Shown one piece after another: positions 1 through 12,032 of a stretch of DNA of 64,000 nucleotides. The stretch is from Octopus sinensis. Taxonomy: Eukaryota. The stretch is from contig NC_042998.1 in assembly GCF_006345805.1 (NCBI RefSeq), positions 176,018,001 through 176,082,000 of the forward strand, written 5' to 3'. How positions within the stretch are numbered: position 1 is the first letter of the stretch; each line of letters begins with the position of its first letter. The position numbers were made by a program, and so were the translations under genes. The notes below the pieces were generated by a model, which ran no database searches, was not told the origin of the DNA, and saw nothing but the letters and a program-made list of their open reading frames with translations.

Positions 1-127
1 AATTAAAGCTGAAGCAAACGAACACCGAATAAATAGTGCGTGTATTTTCATTGGCTAAATTGACAGGGTGACCACCTCCAAATACAATATCTGTTTCAAT
101 ACATGAGTTCACATCAAGAATCTTGCA

Positions 128-166
<39 letters not shown>

Positions 167-203
167 TATATATTATATATATATATATATAATATATATA
201 TAT

Positions 204-609
204 ATAGAAATATTAAAATTACTAAGTCTCTCTAAAAGAGAACACGGCAGCGTTCCCGGAAAATAATAGTTATCGCCATACTAATATGGCATTCTTATAA
301 AAATAAGAATAAAGCTGTCCGCTTATTAGCTCCACGAGGCCATCGCCTTAAGTTAGCTATTTGATACACAAACTGTATCCATATAACCTTCGAACAAGGG
401 AGGTCAGTCGCTCCACACTACTTGACCGACAGCTACAGACGCGTTTCGGGGTATTGCCCCTTTTCAATGCAGCGTAGTCAGACCAGTAGGTGTCGCTTCT
501 GACAATCTCTGTTCGAAGGTTTTATTTACCTAGTTTCGGTGGAATACATCCACTTGTTTTCAATAATAGAAATATTAAAATTACTAAGTCTCTCTAAAAG
601 AGAACACGG

Positions 610-611
<2 letters not shown>
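204..611 (-). mobile_element. Short Penelope-derived (pLTR/retrozyme-like) unit of 362 bp with a 45-bp terminal direct repeat
   Basis: tagaaatattaaaattactaagtctctctaaaagagaacacggca occurs at 205-249 and 567-611. The unit contains a hammerhead motif and is flanked by (TA)n and (TG)n. Confidence 0.7.
428..479 (-). ncRNA. Minimal type I hammerhead ribozyme, U3-A8 core variant
   Basis: Minus strand reads gctgca-UUGAAAA-gggg(caata)cccc-GAAA-cgcg-UC-tgtagc: 6-bp stem I (one G-U), 4-bp stem II, palindromic stem III, GUC cleavage triplet. Confidence 0.75.
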
Positions 612-648
<37 letters not shown>

Positions 649-677
649 ACATTCCCATAATTTAGGAGTTTGACAAA

Positions 678-785
678 AAAGACCGATAGAATAAGCACCA
701 GGCTTTAAAAAATATGAGTACTGGGGTCGATGCAGTCGACTTGTCCTTTCCCTTCTAAATTGCTGGCCTTGAATCTTGCAACAGA
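678..785 (+). mobile_element. SINE 3' fragment
   Basis: ataagcaccaggcttt...gtactggggtcgatgcagtcgact matches the 3' part of the SINE copies elsewhere in the window. Confidence 0.55.
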
Positions 786-1663
786 TCGGTGTCTGATCCA
801 GGGGGAATGTTGTGATCCCGGCCACTTATACGCTATGGAAACAGGATCACCTAGTTTATGTGTCCTAAGACTCAAAAGTATAAAAGAATAATTGTAGTTG
901 GAACCACTGTAAATAATTATTCGTGATTTAACAAAACAAACATGCCAAGATACAAAAATGTTAGATAACAGCCAAGCTTATCCTTTATCAGGTTAAATAA
1001 GTTATCAACATCTTCGAGAATCAATAAGCAGTAATTGTAATATAAACCTTATTATCTCTAACATAGATGTTATATCAAGCATGTTGTATTTAATTACAGT
1101 GTTTTTATATACAGCATAAACACTATTATCTATAACATAAACTCAGCTATCTGTTATACAAGTACTGTTGTCTGTGTGAAAGTGTGAACTGCTGGGTCGA
1201 AGAGATCCTAGATAGTCAGCAGGAAGATAAGAAATTCATGTCCTGTTACATTGTACTGCAGTGTGTCTGTAAACACGACACTTAAAGCTTAAGTGGTTGT
1301 AAAAAGGTATTATAAAGATGGAATATCTCACTGCTGAAGGCAGCGAACTAGTGTAGAGATGACAAATAGTGCGTTATCCCTGTGAAGCTGAGTTCAACTT
1401 CTCAAGCGGATCTGAAGAAGCCATTCGTATATATAGGAGTAGACCAGAATCTCCCAACTGTCTCTGCCCATCCTATTATTTGATCTGAGCTGTGTGATCA
1501 ATGGTATGGGTATGCAATAGTCCATTCCATGAGAAAACTAGGGTTCAAGCATACGGTGAGAGCTGTACCATTCTTTCTGCAATGGCTGCCTCTCTTCTGT
1601 CTGTGTCTGTCTGTCTCTGTCTGTCTGTATATATATCTCTTCCTCTCTCTCCGTATGTCATAC

Positions 1664-1698
1664 CTGTCTTGTAGACGGCGGCGTTCACGAGCCTCCAT
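1664..1698 (-). CDS. Putative first coding exon (MEARERRRLQD) of an unidentified gene running leftward
   Basis: ggcATGG start context, 35 nt of CpG-rich sequence, then a cag|gtatga splice donor. No homology recognised. Confidence 0.4.
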
Positions 1699-1856
1699 GC
1701 CAAAGTATGAAGATTTATAATTTCTTTTGATAAAGATGCAATAGTAGATTCTTGTTACCGCCGATTTATCTTTATTTCATTCTCCTAGAGAACTGTTCTT
1801 CTGAATTTATCCCCAAGAGACAAAAACCTATTTAACACATAGATAGAGGCACTAGT

Positions 1857-1869
1857 TCACGTGACGTCA
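1857..1869. promoter_or_regulatory. Overlapping E-box (CACGTG) and CRE (TGACGTCA)
   Basis: tcacgtgacgtca lies ~160 bp upstream of the candidate ATG at 1698, in a locally CpG-enriched stretch. Confidence 0.4.
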
Positions 1870-3587
1870 GAGAATGTGTACAAAGCGGTGGGCATTTGTG
1901 ACGCAAATCTAGTGCCGGTCCTACACTGAATCTTGTATACTTTAACTACAACACCAGCTTCTGATATTCACCTATAACTGAATCCCTCATGAGTTAGTAC
2001 AACCCCGAGCCAAAGGAAAACTGAGAGTGGTTTTGATTAAGAGATAGCTTCATATTCTTCGAAATTTGGATGTAGTTTAGTGTCTTGTCCGGACCATAAA
2101 ATAACTAATGAACTAAAAACGAATTAAAGGACACAATACTCTCTTCTAGTTTAGTATGATGACCACTAGGTGGACATCTCACGATACTACGACATTCTAC
2201 TCTAGCACGAACGATGCATCTGTAAACCTACCAACAGTTTAGTGAGGGCAGTTTTACGTGGTTGTTTTGCATGTTGACTTGGAAGTTAAAGCAACAACAT
2301 AACACCGCCTTTGTGTTCTTGTGTGTCTTTAGTGAAGTTCACTTTGTTGCGAAATTTCGAATCACTTCTACCCACCAGTTCTCTCTTCGTTGGTATTTGT
2401 TTCTTGTAGGCAATGGCCTACTGATGCTCAGGCAGGATAACGGTCTCATCAATCTAGGAGAGATGCAATTGTCATGGGAACTACTTGTTTTTGTATTTTT
2501 CATTAATTTATTTAAAAAGTTAAATACTACTATGTCTGTGAAAGTCCAGATATATGTGAACACATGACTTGCTGTACACTATATCAACTCTATTCTAAGG
2601 AATTTAACCTCTAATAATAACAATAATTTTAGGTGAATTTAAAATTTAATGAAATGAATCCCAATAACTCTAAGCTATCTCATATTGAATCCATTGATTA
2701 ATTCGTTGGGCGTTTCTATATGTCTATATTGCAAAATGTTCACGGCATCATACAATATTCATATAACATAATTTTTGTAGTATAATTCAATATTCATTTT
2801 ATTTCCAAATATATCTTCATTCAAGAAATATATTTTGCACTCTCATTAAATAGTAATTTGATTTCTGAATGGAAATTTCCCTTGAAAGAATCTGACTTTT
2901 ATTAACAATTACGCCTCTTGAGAGACAAACAATACATTCTGTTATTTACAGTCTTCCTTTCCATTCTCTTAGACATCTGCTTGGGAAATACTTATTATTC
3001 TTTACTTAGGCACACAGCATCATATTTTTATTGGAGAGAAATACAACTGAATAACGATGTGACTTTAAAGGTCTGAGGGAATGAACTGGTTTCATCTGAG
3101 AAGAGGAACAAATCGGAAGGTTATTTGGCTGGGACCTTATCTTATATATTTCAAGCTGAACCAATTCCTCGTACAGTAAAGTGTGATTATAACTCGTTTT
3201 AATGAATTTGTATTGGTATATGATGTTATTTTTATAAAGTAAAGAAACGGGAACTGCACCTGAATTTTGCTAACTCTTTCTAGACTAATCTGACCGATGC
3301 AGTTGATATTTAGAACGTTTTAGTTGTACTTTTCACCGAGATACTTTTGTTATGTAAGGAATGTAAATAGATTTGCTTAAGAAGATGGAATCTACTTAAT
3401 TATCTTAACTATGGGTCAAGAGGGAAGAAAACTTGTTGCAAGGAACAGTAGGTATAAAATCAGCAGGACTCTGATGAGTTAACTGATTCAAGGTTCGGGA
3501 TTAGGGAATGTAACTGGGTTCGGTAGAAAAAATAAGATGCGGCGTCCCAATTAGGCAAAAATCAGAGAATTCAATAAACAATGAGAT

Positions 3588-3589
3588 GT

Positions 3590-3662
<73 letters not shown>
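3588..3662. repeat. (GAT)n microsatellite
   Basis: Direct reading. Confidence 0.95.
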
Positions 3663-4155
3663 ATGATGAAGAGTGAATGTGGAGGTAAGAAAGTATCTGT
3701 GTGTCGGCCACGGATGCGCTTAGGTATGTATATATTGACTTCTTCAGATAGTTCAAGACGACACAGAAATCTGCATCTATGCCAACATCTGCATGAGGGG
3801 AATTCAAAAACCAAGAAAATGTAATATGTGTCGGAGCTACCATGGATGAAGGGTTCAGAGAGAGGAGAAGTAAAATACAGAGGAGCATGTTTTTACATAG
3901 GTGCAGATATCTTTTTTCCAGGCAAAGAGAGGAATTAGAAGTAGATGATTAAAAAAAAATCTATCTCAGAGAGAAACAAGATTTATGGTTAGCATTAATG
4001 GGTGAGGTCACACTTATACTCAAGTTCAAGGTGTTAGTATAAAGAAGGAAGGAGGAAAGAGTGGGAGAACTATTTCTGTTCCTTGTTCCATTTCATCGTT
4101 CCTTTTTGAGTTGCTTAAATCGGGAAGAGGAAAAGAAAACCACAAATTATTCTTT

Positions 4156-4545
4156 TCTACTCTAGGCACAAGGCCCGAAATTTTAGGGGAGGGGGCCAGT
4201 CGATTAGATCGACCCCAGTGCACAACTGGTACTTAATTTATCGATCCCGAAAGGATGAAAGGCAAAGTCGACCTCGGCGGAATTTGAACTCAGAACATAA
4301 AGATAGACGAAATACCTATTTCCTTACTACCCACAAGGGGCTAAACATAGAGAGGACAAACAAGGACAGACAAACGGATTAAGTCGATTATATCAACCCC
4401 AGTGCGTAACGGGTACTTATTTAATCGACCCCGAAAGGATGAAAGGCAAAGTCGACCTCGGCAGAATTTGAACTCAAAACGTAGCGGTAGACGAAATACC
4501 GCAAAGCATTTCGCAGGGCGCGCTAACGTTTCTGCCAGCTCGCCA
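4156..4545 (-). mobile_element. Two tandem tRNA-type SINE copies (family 1) with different 3' tails
   Basis: Both carry the reverse complement of gagttcaaattc(c/t)gccgaggtcgactttgcctttcatcctttcggg. The copy at 4317-4545 has the full head ggcgagctggcagaaacgttagc. Confidence 0.9.
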
Positions 4546-4751
4546 CACACAGGCATCGAAATAGCATTCTTATAATCGGTCTACGTTTTGAAAAAGGCTA
4601 TTAGTATTTTAATGTGGAACCACTCAAAACTTCCTCTATCAACACTGGTCATTTAACTAATAGATTAAATGCTCGTAAAAACCATGTCTTTCCTTAGCTA
4701 CTTCACTGACAGTGGATTTAAAGATACTAAAGCCACTAGAAAAGTAAGCAG

Positions 4752-4849
<98 letters not shown>

Positions 4850-4860
4850 GCGAGAGAGCG

Positions 4861-4896
<36 letters not shown>

Positions 4897-4900
4897 AGGG
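4752..4900. repeat. (GATA)n followed by (GA)n
   Basis: Direct reading. Confidence 0.95.
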
Positions 4901-5792
4901 GGAAGAGAAGAGCTTGACAGAAATTTAAGTCGAAAGACCAGGTAGACTTTTCTCTGCAGCGCATTATTGTTGTTCAGTCTCAGGTCTGCCCTGATCTAAC
5001 AGATCTATTGTTAAAACATTCCAGCTAAAAACACATCTTGTTTTATTCAGACATAGAATAACTATTACAATATTATGTGTTCTTTAGGTTATAGGGTGTG
5101 AGTTGAGGAAGATTTGGCTGCTATTTCTGACAAATAGAAACAACTACTTAGCAACAGCAAAGTTCATTCAGATCATAAATTGCATGACCAGCAATCGTTG
5201 CTAACAAGAGAAAGAAATGAATCGAAGTAACGCCATAAGAGAATTGTCTAGAACGGAGATGAGAGCGGAAAAAGAAGGAGAATGGAAAGATTTTAGGGTG
5301 GGGAATAAAAGGTATTGCATTTAATGAAAGTTTACGATGTTTCAAGTAAAAGTGAGAAAGATGGTTAAGAGCATACGTTATGAAAAAAAATTAAAGAATG
5401 GCATGGTTTAATGACTCGTTAGTTTTACTAATTTATGGCTGGAGTTCAGTGTTAGTTGTTTAAAATCATAAGGTGTCTGTGGTGGGGTGTCAATCGCTCG
5501 GTAAAGTAGCTTAGTAAATAAACGAACCTCAGCTAACAAGTAATTTTCTTTACATACCCAAACTACAACCAAGTACATACAAACAAAATGCGTAAATACA
5601 ATCAAACCAAGTCTGCTCGAGCAAGGTTGACGGATCTGCATACTTTTAAACACACACAACCACACCAACACATCCTCCCGTATGCACGGACTCACTCAAA
5701 GCGAGCGCATACATGTGTATAAATAGCTTTGATACTAGATGGCGAAGCGTATTCATAAATATCGATAAATAAGCATAAATATGCGTCTGTAG

Positions 5793-5963
5793 TTTGGAAT
5801 TCATATGAAAAAGATAACGCTACATTGCGTAAAATATTCTGGAACGGATCCAGAAGAATTCAACGCGATTCACACACCGTTTGGCGTCATGGGAACCAAG
5901 CCTTTGAAATCACTGGAAATAGGGATAATGAAATCTACCAGCGTTTCTACTCTGCACACAAAG
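5793..5963 (+). CDS. Putative internal coding exon, 171 nt, phase 1-1 (xWNSYEKDNATLRKIFWNGSRRIQRDSHTVWRHGNQAFEITGNRDNEIYQRFYSAHK)
   Basis: tctgtag| acceptor, aag|gtattt donor, open frame, non-repetitive protein-like composition. No family recognised. Confidence 0.45.
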
Positions 5964-6230
5964 GTATTTCTAGCTTTCAGTCACCAACAGCAGAGTCAAT
6001 TTTTTCCTGGATAATTTATGAATACTTTCAAGACAATCAATGAAAGATGCTTGAAACGTTGTATTCAAAATGGTTTTGGAACCCCATTTTTTTATTTCAT
6101 GACATAGATCTTAAAACAGAAGACTACAATTGTTATCGAAACAAGAACAAGATAGAAATATTTATCATTATATCTGATAAAAGCAAAATATTTACAGAAA
6201 GTTTCAGAGGTAATTTCCAATAACAAACAT

Positions 6231-6319
<89 letters not shown>

Positions 6320-6429
6320 TATGTATGTATGTAGTATGTATGTATGTATATATGTATGTATGTATGTATATTTATGTATATGTGTGTATGTGTGTGCGTG
6401 TATGCATATACATATGTATATATATAATG

Positions 6430-6625
6430 TGACCGCGTGTGTACCGTTGGCGATTTTTTCCCTCTGTCTTCCCTTCTCTGGATCTTTCCTTCTCCTATGT
6501 TTCCGACGAAGAGCTCCGCTTGAAACGTTAAACCCTCCTTCTTTCCTTCTTTCCTGAGCGTCCAATAATACTATATTTGTTCCACGTCCTCGCGTTGTTG
6601 TGTTTTTTTTTTGCTTTCTTGTTTG
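6430..6625 (+). mobile_element. ~200-bp PLE-derived short element between (TA)n runs
   Basis: Contains a hammerhead-like motif and shares ttcctgagcg and layout with 7612-7808. Confidence 0.6.
6499..6533 (+). ncRNA. Minimal hammerhead-like motif with C at position 4
   Basis: gttt-CCGACGA-a-gagc(tcc)gctt-GAAA-cg-UU-aaac: stems I and II pair, but the core deviates from CUGANGA. Confidence 0.5.
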
Positions 6626-6795
6626 GATTAACTTTATATATATATATATACACACATACATATACGTATATATATATAGAGAGAGAGAGGGAGAGAAAGA
6701 AAGAGAGATAGAGATAGATAGATAGATAAATAAATAGATAGATAGATAGATAGGTAGATAGATAGATAGACAGATAGTTTGATCGATAGATAGAT

Positions 6796-7001
6796 ATGAA
6801 GGCTAGTGGCTGAAACTTCGAAGTCACTGTTCTGCCTCGTGTAAAAGTGTAATAAATATGTTCTTTAGTAAATAGTAAAAGTTTAAAAAGAATTTAACAT
6901 TAGACTGAAGAATTACTCATTACTACTTACTAGAGTACATGTCTATTTAACTATTACGCGAAGCACAACAGTGACTTTGAAGTTACAGCAATTAGCCTTC
7001 A

Positions 7002-7002
<1 letters not shown>
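6796..7002. mobile_element. 207-bp element with ~49-bp imperfect terminal inverted repeats
   Basis: 6796-6844 (atgaaggctagtggctgaaacttcgaagtcactgttctgcctcgtgtaa) is the reverse complement of 6954-7002 apart from ~7 mismatches. Confidence 0.75.
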
Positions 7003-7099
<97 letters not shown>

Positions 7100-7220
7100 C
7101 CTACCTACCTACCTACTTACCTACCTACCTACTTACCTACTTACCTACCTACCTACCTACCTACCTACCTACCTACCTACCTACCTACCTACCTACCTAC
7201 CTACCTACCTACCTACCTAC

Positions 7221-7257
<37 letters not shown>
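7003..7257. repeat. Compound (TATC)n-(TACC)n-(TGTC)n microsatellite
   Basis: Direct reading. Confidence 0.95.
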
Positions 7258-7260
<3 letters not shown>

Positions 7261-7344
7261 CTATCGGTACGCGCGCGTGCGTGCGTGCATGTTTGCATCT
7301 ACGTGTGTGTACGTAATTGACTCTCCGGTCGAAAACGATTTGTG

Positions 7345-7575
7345 TTTGATCAGCTGAAGGAGCTACCGTCGAATCCGTGTGGCGCAGTGTGATTTGGGCT
7401 ACAGGTATTACAGCCATATTCCATCCAAAGAGATTCTACACCGTTTCTGCCCATTCAATTTCCTTTAAAAGCTTGGATAAACCCGCGTCAATGGTAAAAG
7501 ATATTCGTTCAAGATGCCACCAAGTGCAACCGAACTCGAAACCTCATGACTGCGTGGCAAACTTCGTAAGTACTC
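7345..7575 (-). mobile_element. Degenerate SINE related to family 2
   Basis: B-box-like gtttcgagttcggttgc on the minus strand; body resembles 9270-9420 and 42060-42195. Confidence 0.5.
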
Positions 7576-7611
7576 AGTAATGCTCTCTCTCTCTCTTTCT
7601 CTCTGTCTCTC

Positions 7612-7804
7612 TCTCCGTAGATCGTTAGCTCCTACACGCATTTTTTCTCTCCTTGTTTCTCTCCTTGTTTTCTGTGTATCTTTCTGTCGAAGAGCGTAGG
7701 CTCGAAACGTAAAAGACTCTTTCTATTCCTGAGCGCTATACTAATACATTTGTTTGTTTGTACTCCACCTGCCTTCGTCTTTTGTTTATTTTCGTAAACT
7801 TTCC

Positions 7805-7808
<4 letters not shown>
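7612..7808 (+). mobile_element. ~200-bp PLE-derived short element ending in (TA)n
   Basis: Contains a hammerhead-like motif and is related to 6430-6625. Confidence 0.6.
7679..7716 (+). ncRNA. Minimal hammerhead-like motif with U at position 6
   Basis: tcttt-CUGUCGA-a-gagc(gtag)gctc-GAAA-cg-UA-aaaga: perfect 5-bp stem I and 4-bp stem II. Confidence 0.5.
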
Positions 7809-7852
<44 letters not shown>

Positions 7853-8389
7853 CTCTCTATATATATATGTATATATATACACGTATATATATATATATAT
7901 ATATATATTCATATGTATGTTATATATACACGCACATGCACTCACACACACACACATCAACATGAGAAATTTTCAAGCATTAACTGCATAAGGTTAATAA
8001 TAGTTATAAATGGATTTAAACCGTATGAATACTCTTCCACACACGCTTTGTTGCATCTATTTAGAAAGCGAATTATTTCTTATCACTCAAAATACCTATT
8101 ACCAAAAAAATCGCGGTAATTTTCAGAAGAAACTGAACATAAAAGAAACTGAACGTTGAAGAAATATGAACTAAAAGAATCTGGCTAATATATTCGTCCA
8201 ATGTGATTAAGTAAAAGAAGCTTATACTAAATTAACTTAAGTAGATATGAACCGCTCCTTTCATTACAAATACTAATAAACAAGAAAAAAACCCACTATA
8301 TTGACACAATTAACAAGCATAAAGAAAATCACAGCAAAGTTTTATATCGAAGATATAATCGTATACTGCAAATCCGTGTTTCACATTCA

Positions 8390-8680
8390 ACGAGCAAAAA
8401 AAATCTTCCAACAGAAACCAACTTTAATATTTATTAATACAACAAAGAGTGGCGTAGGTAAAACTAGTAAAAGTACACTTGATCGTAATATCCAACATGA
8501 AATGAAGTTCTCCTCTATCATTCTGGAACAATACACTTATGGTAATGGAATGGTTTTAAAGCAATACCAAAAAATATTTAAAAAAAGAGACATTTACAGT
8601 CTGAAATCCTAAAATATTATCCATCCATCACTCAAAACCTAGTTAGTAAGGCTTTAAATCAACGTTAAATCTGTTAATAA
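8390..8680 (+). pseudogene. Decayed Penelope-like reverse transcriptase fragment
   Basis: Across frameshifts: KPTLIFINTTKSGVGKTSKSTLDR, WNNTLMVMEWF and YYPSITQNLVSKALN, matching PLE RT motifs RLINPxKSxxGKxSKxxLDR, QWxNTxxVIxWF and FYPSIxxxLLxKAL. Confidence 0.6.
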
Positions 8681-9064
8681 ATATCAGTGAATGTCCATGA
8701 TTCTATCGGAGTAAGCAATATCGCTGACGTAGAGTTTTTGTTCCATTTAATGAAAGATTCTCCACACATTGGAGGGACTTTGACTAGAATGATGAGTTCT
8801 AAATCACACACACAAAAAAAAAATCAGATCCCCACTCATGACAACTCAGCAGACTGAGAAAAAATGCATTATTTAATAAAAATAACCACCAAAAACCACT
8901 GAAAACAACCACTAAACATAATCACCGAAAACAACATTGTAGTAGCTACCATTAACAGTGTTATGTTTTAACCTTATCATAAACCAAACCCTAAAATATA
9001 TCCAGCATTTATCAAGTAAGCCTAAGAATATGACAAGCAGTATTGTTAAAAATACATTACTTTC

Positions 9065-9205
9065 CGAACTTATTCTTTCGGTCTCTTTTTTGCCGAACCG
9101 CTAAGTGACGGGGACTTAAACACACCAGCACATCGGTTGTCAAGCAATGCTAAGGGGACAAACACAGACATACACACACACACACATACATACATACATA
9201 TATAT

Positions 9206-9238
<33 letters not shown>

Positions 9239-9420
9239 ATATATACATATATACGACGACAGGCTTCTTTCAGTTTCCGTCTACCAAATCCACTCACAAG
9301 GCATTGGTCGGCCCGGAGCTATAGCAGAAGACACTTGCACATGATGCCACGCAGTGGGACTGAAAGCGAACGATGTGGTTGTGAAGCAAGTTCTTACCAT
9401 ACAGCCACACACTTGCGCCA
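9065..9420 (-). mobile_element. SINE family 2 copy with internal (CA)/(TA) microsatellite
   Basis: Highly similar to 41930-42195 (ttttgccgaacc...ttctttcagtttccgtctaccaaat...cagtgggactga). Confidence 0.85.
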
Positions 9421-9422
9421 CC

Positions 9423-9454
<32 letters not shown>

Positions 9455-9456
9455 AC

Positions 9457-9511
<55 letters not shown>

Positions 9512-9581
9512 TGTAGGTCCCGGGTTGATTCGGGGTTAACCACAGTAAATAAGGTACTCAATACATAGCAGAGTAAAATTA

Positions 9582-10800
9582 ATTTATTATATAGAAGGAG
9601 CTTCTACAGGGACTAGAACTGTTTCAATTCAAGAGAAATCTTCAGGAAGCTAGTTAACAAGAATTGTATTGGCATTTATACATTTAGGCAGGTTTATAGG
9701 GGTGGTGGTGGGGGACTTTTTGGGGTAGGCATAGCGCAAAAAAATCATACTTGGGGGAGTGGTCAAGGAGTCAGTGGTAAATTAATGAAGAATAAATAAA
9801 GAATAAAAAAAGTTTTAGGTAATAAAGGAAATTCTCACTTATACCTATACACATATGTATACATATACACACACACACCACACATATACCTACACACCAT
9901 ACATACACACACACCCATATAGATATATATATATATATAATCATACACATATACATGCTATACAATATACACACACACACACATGTATATATAACACACA
10001 CACTATCACACATACACATACACACAAAAAATATATACATACACCACATACATACACAACATACAACACATATCCACATACACACATGCACACACAAACA
10101 TATATACATATACACATATATGTATATATACATAATATATATATAATATATATATATATTATATATATATCATACATATTGTACCTATTCATACCCCACA
10201 CAATATACATACATACAATACAAACCCATTCCCTAATTTTAATTTTATTATCTTCATTATTACTTTTGTTATCTTTGACCGCTGGTCAGAAGCATCTTGG
10301 CTACGACAGCTAGTCCCTTTTATCTTTCTACTTGAACACAAGCACTCACTCCACGCACGCACACTCATTAGCATGCACACTCACTCATTCGTACACTCAT
10401 ACACATACGCACGCGCACGCGTTATATTCATACATACATCTACATATATACACGTATATACACATACGTACGCGTACCTACAGATTCATGTCTACAATCT
10501 TAGAAGACTAGTCTATACATATAACCAATAAATACATATACGCACATACATATACACCTACATACAAATACATACATACATAATATACACACATACATAT
10601 ATACACATACACACACTATATATATATAATATTATATATATAATATATATATATATATACATATACTATACGCATACATACATACATACATACACCCGTA
10701 CATACATACTATATACACACATACACACACCCACACTATACATATACATGCATATCGCGCATGCATACACATACAAATACATACACATACACATATACAT

Positions 10801-10817
<17 letters not shown>
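9582..10817. repeat. Left arm of long inverted repeat (partner 13418-14648)
   Basis: Unique blocks 9582-9850, 10200-10530 and 10680-10815 are reverse complements of 14390-14648, 13700-14015 and 13418-13560. Confidence 0.9.
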
Positions 10818-10852
<35 letters not shown>

Positions 10853-11248
10853 CTCATACATATACATACATACTAACATATACACACACACATACATCCA
10901 TATACACATACACACGCACATACACATATACATGCGTACCCATACACACACACACCACAACGCGCATCCATATATAAACATAAGTACACACGTGCGTAAA
11001 AGTATACATATATCTATGCTTACACATACACAACACACACACGCCACTCCTTATGTTCATACTTACCTGCATACTCAAAAAATAAGTAATGAAATATATA
11101 TACGTGCAGTTATTCATACATGCATACTCAAAAATAAATAATAAATAATAAATAATAAATATTAAGTATGTTACTTGCAGTTACCTATTATACAGACGGA
11201 TACATACATATACACTTACACACACACACACATATATATATATGATAT

Positions 11249-11289
<41 letters not shown>

Positions 11290-11297
11290 TATATATA

Positions 11298-11332
<35 letters not shown>

Positions 11333-11897
11333 TACTTACCATATGTACATATACATACACACATACATAACTCTACGTACCTACATATACCTAAACACAC
11401 GAGCGTACACGTATAGTGTCATATACACATACACATACACACACATATATACATACATACGTATACATACACGCATATATACACATATATATATTATACC
11501 TATATATATACATATATTATTATATATTATATATATATATAATATACCATACACACACATATACATACATATACATACACACACATACACATACACACAT
11601 ATATATACATATATATATATATACACATATACACATATATACATATACACATACATACATACCCATACATATACATATACACACATACACACACACACAC
11701 ATACATATATACACACACACATCATACATATACATCACACATACATACATTATATATACACACATATATATATATATATATATTATACATATACATGTGT
11801 GCAAACATACATACATATCATACACACCACACACTTACATATACATATATACACACACTTACACCACATATTATATATATATATATATACATATATA

Positions 11898-11936
<39 letters not shown>

Positions 11937-12001
11937 TATATACACATATATATATATCTATACACACATACACATATGTACACATACACACACATATTCA
12001 C

Positions 12002-12032
<31 letters not shown>

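Noticed and set aside
2158-2171. 14-bp match atgaccactaggtg with 30257-30270 at the array end
   Set aside because: Isolated, with no flanking similarity; plausible by chance.
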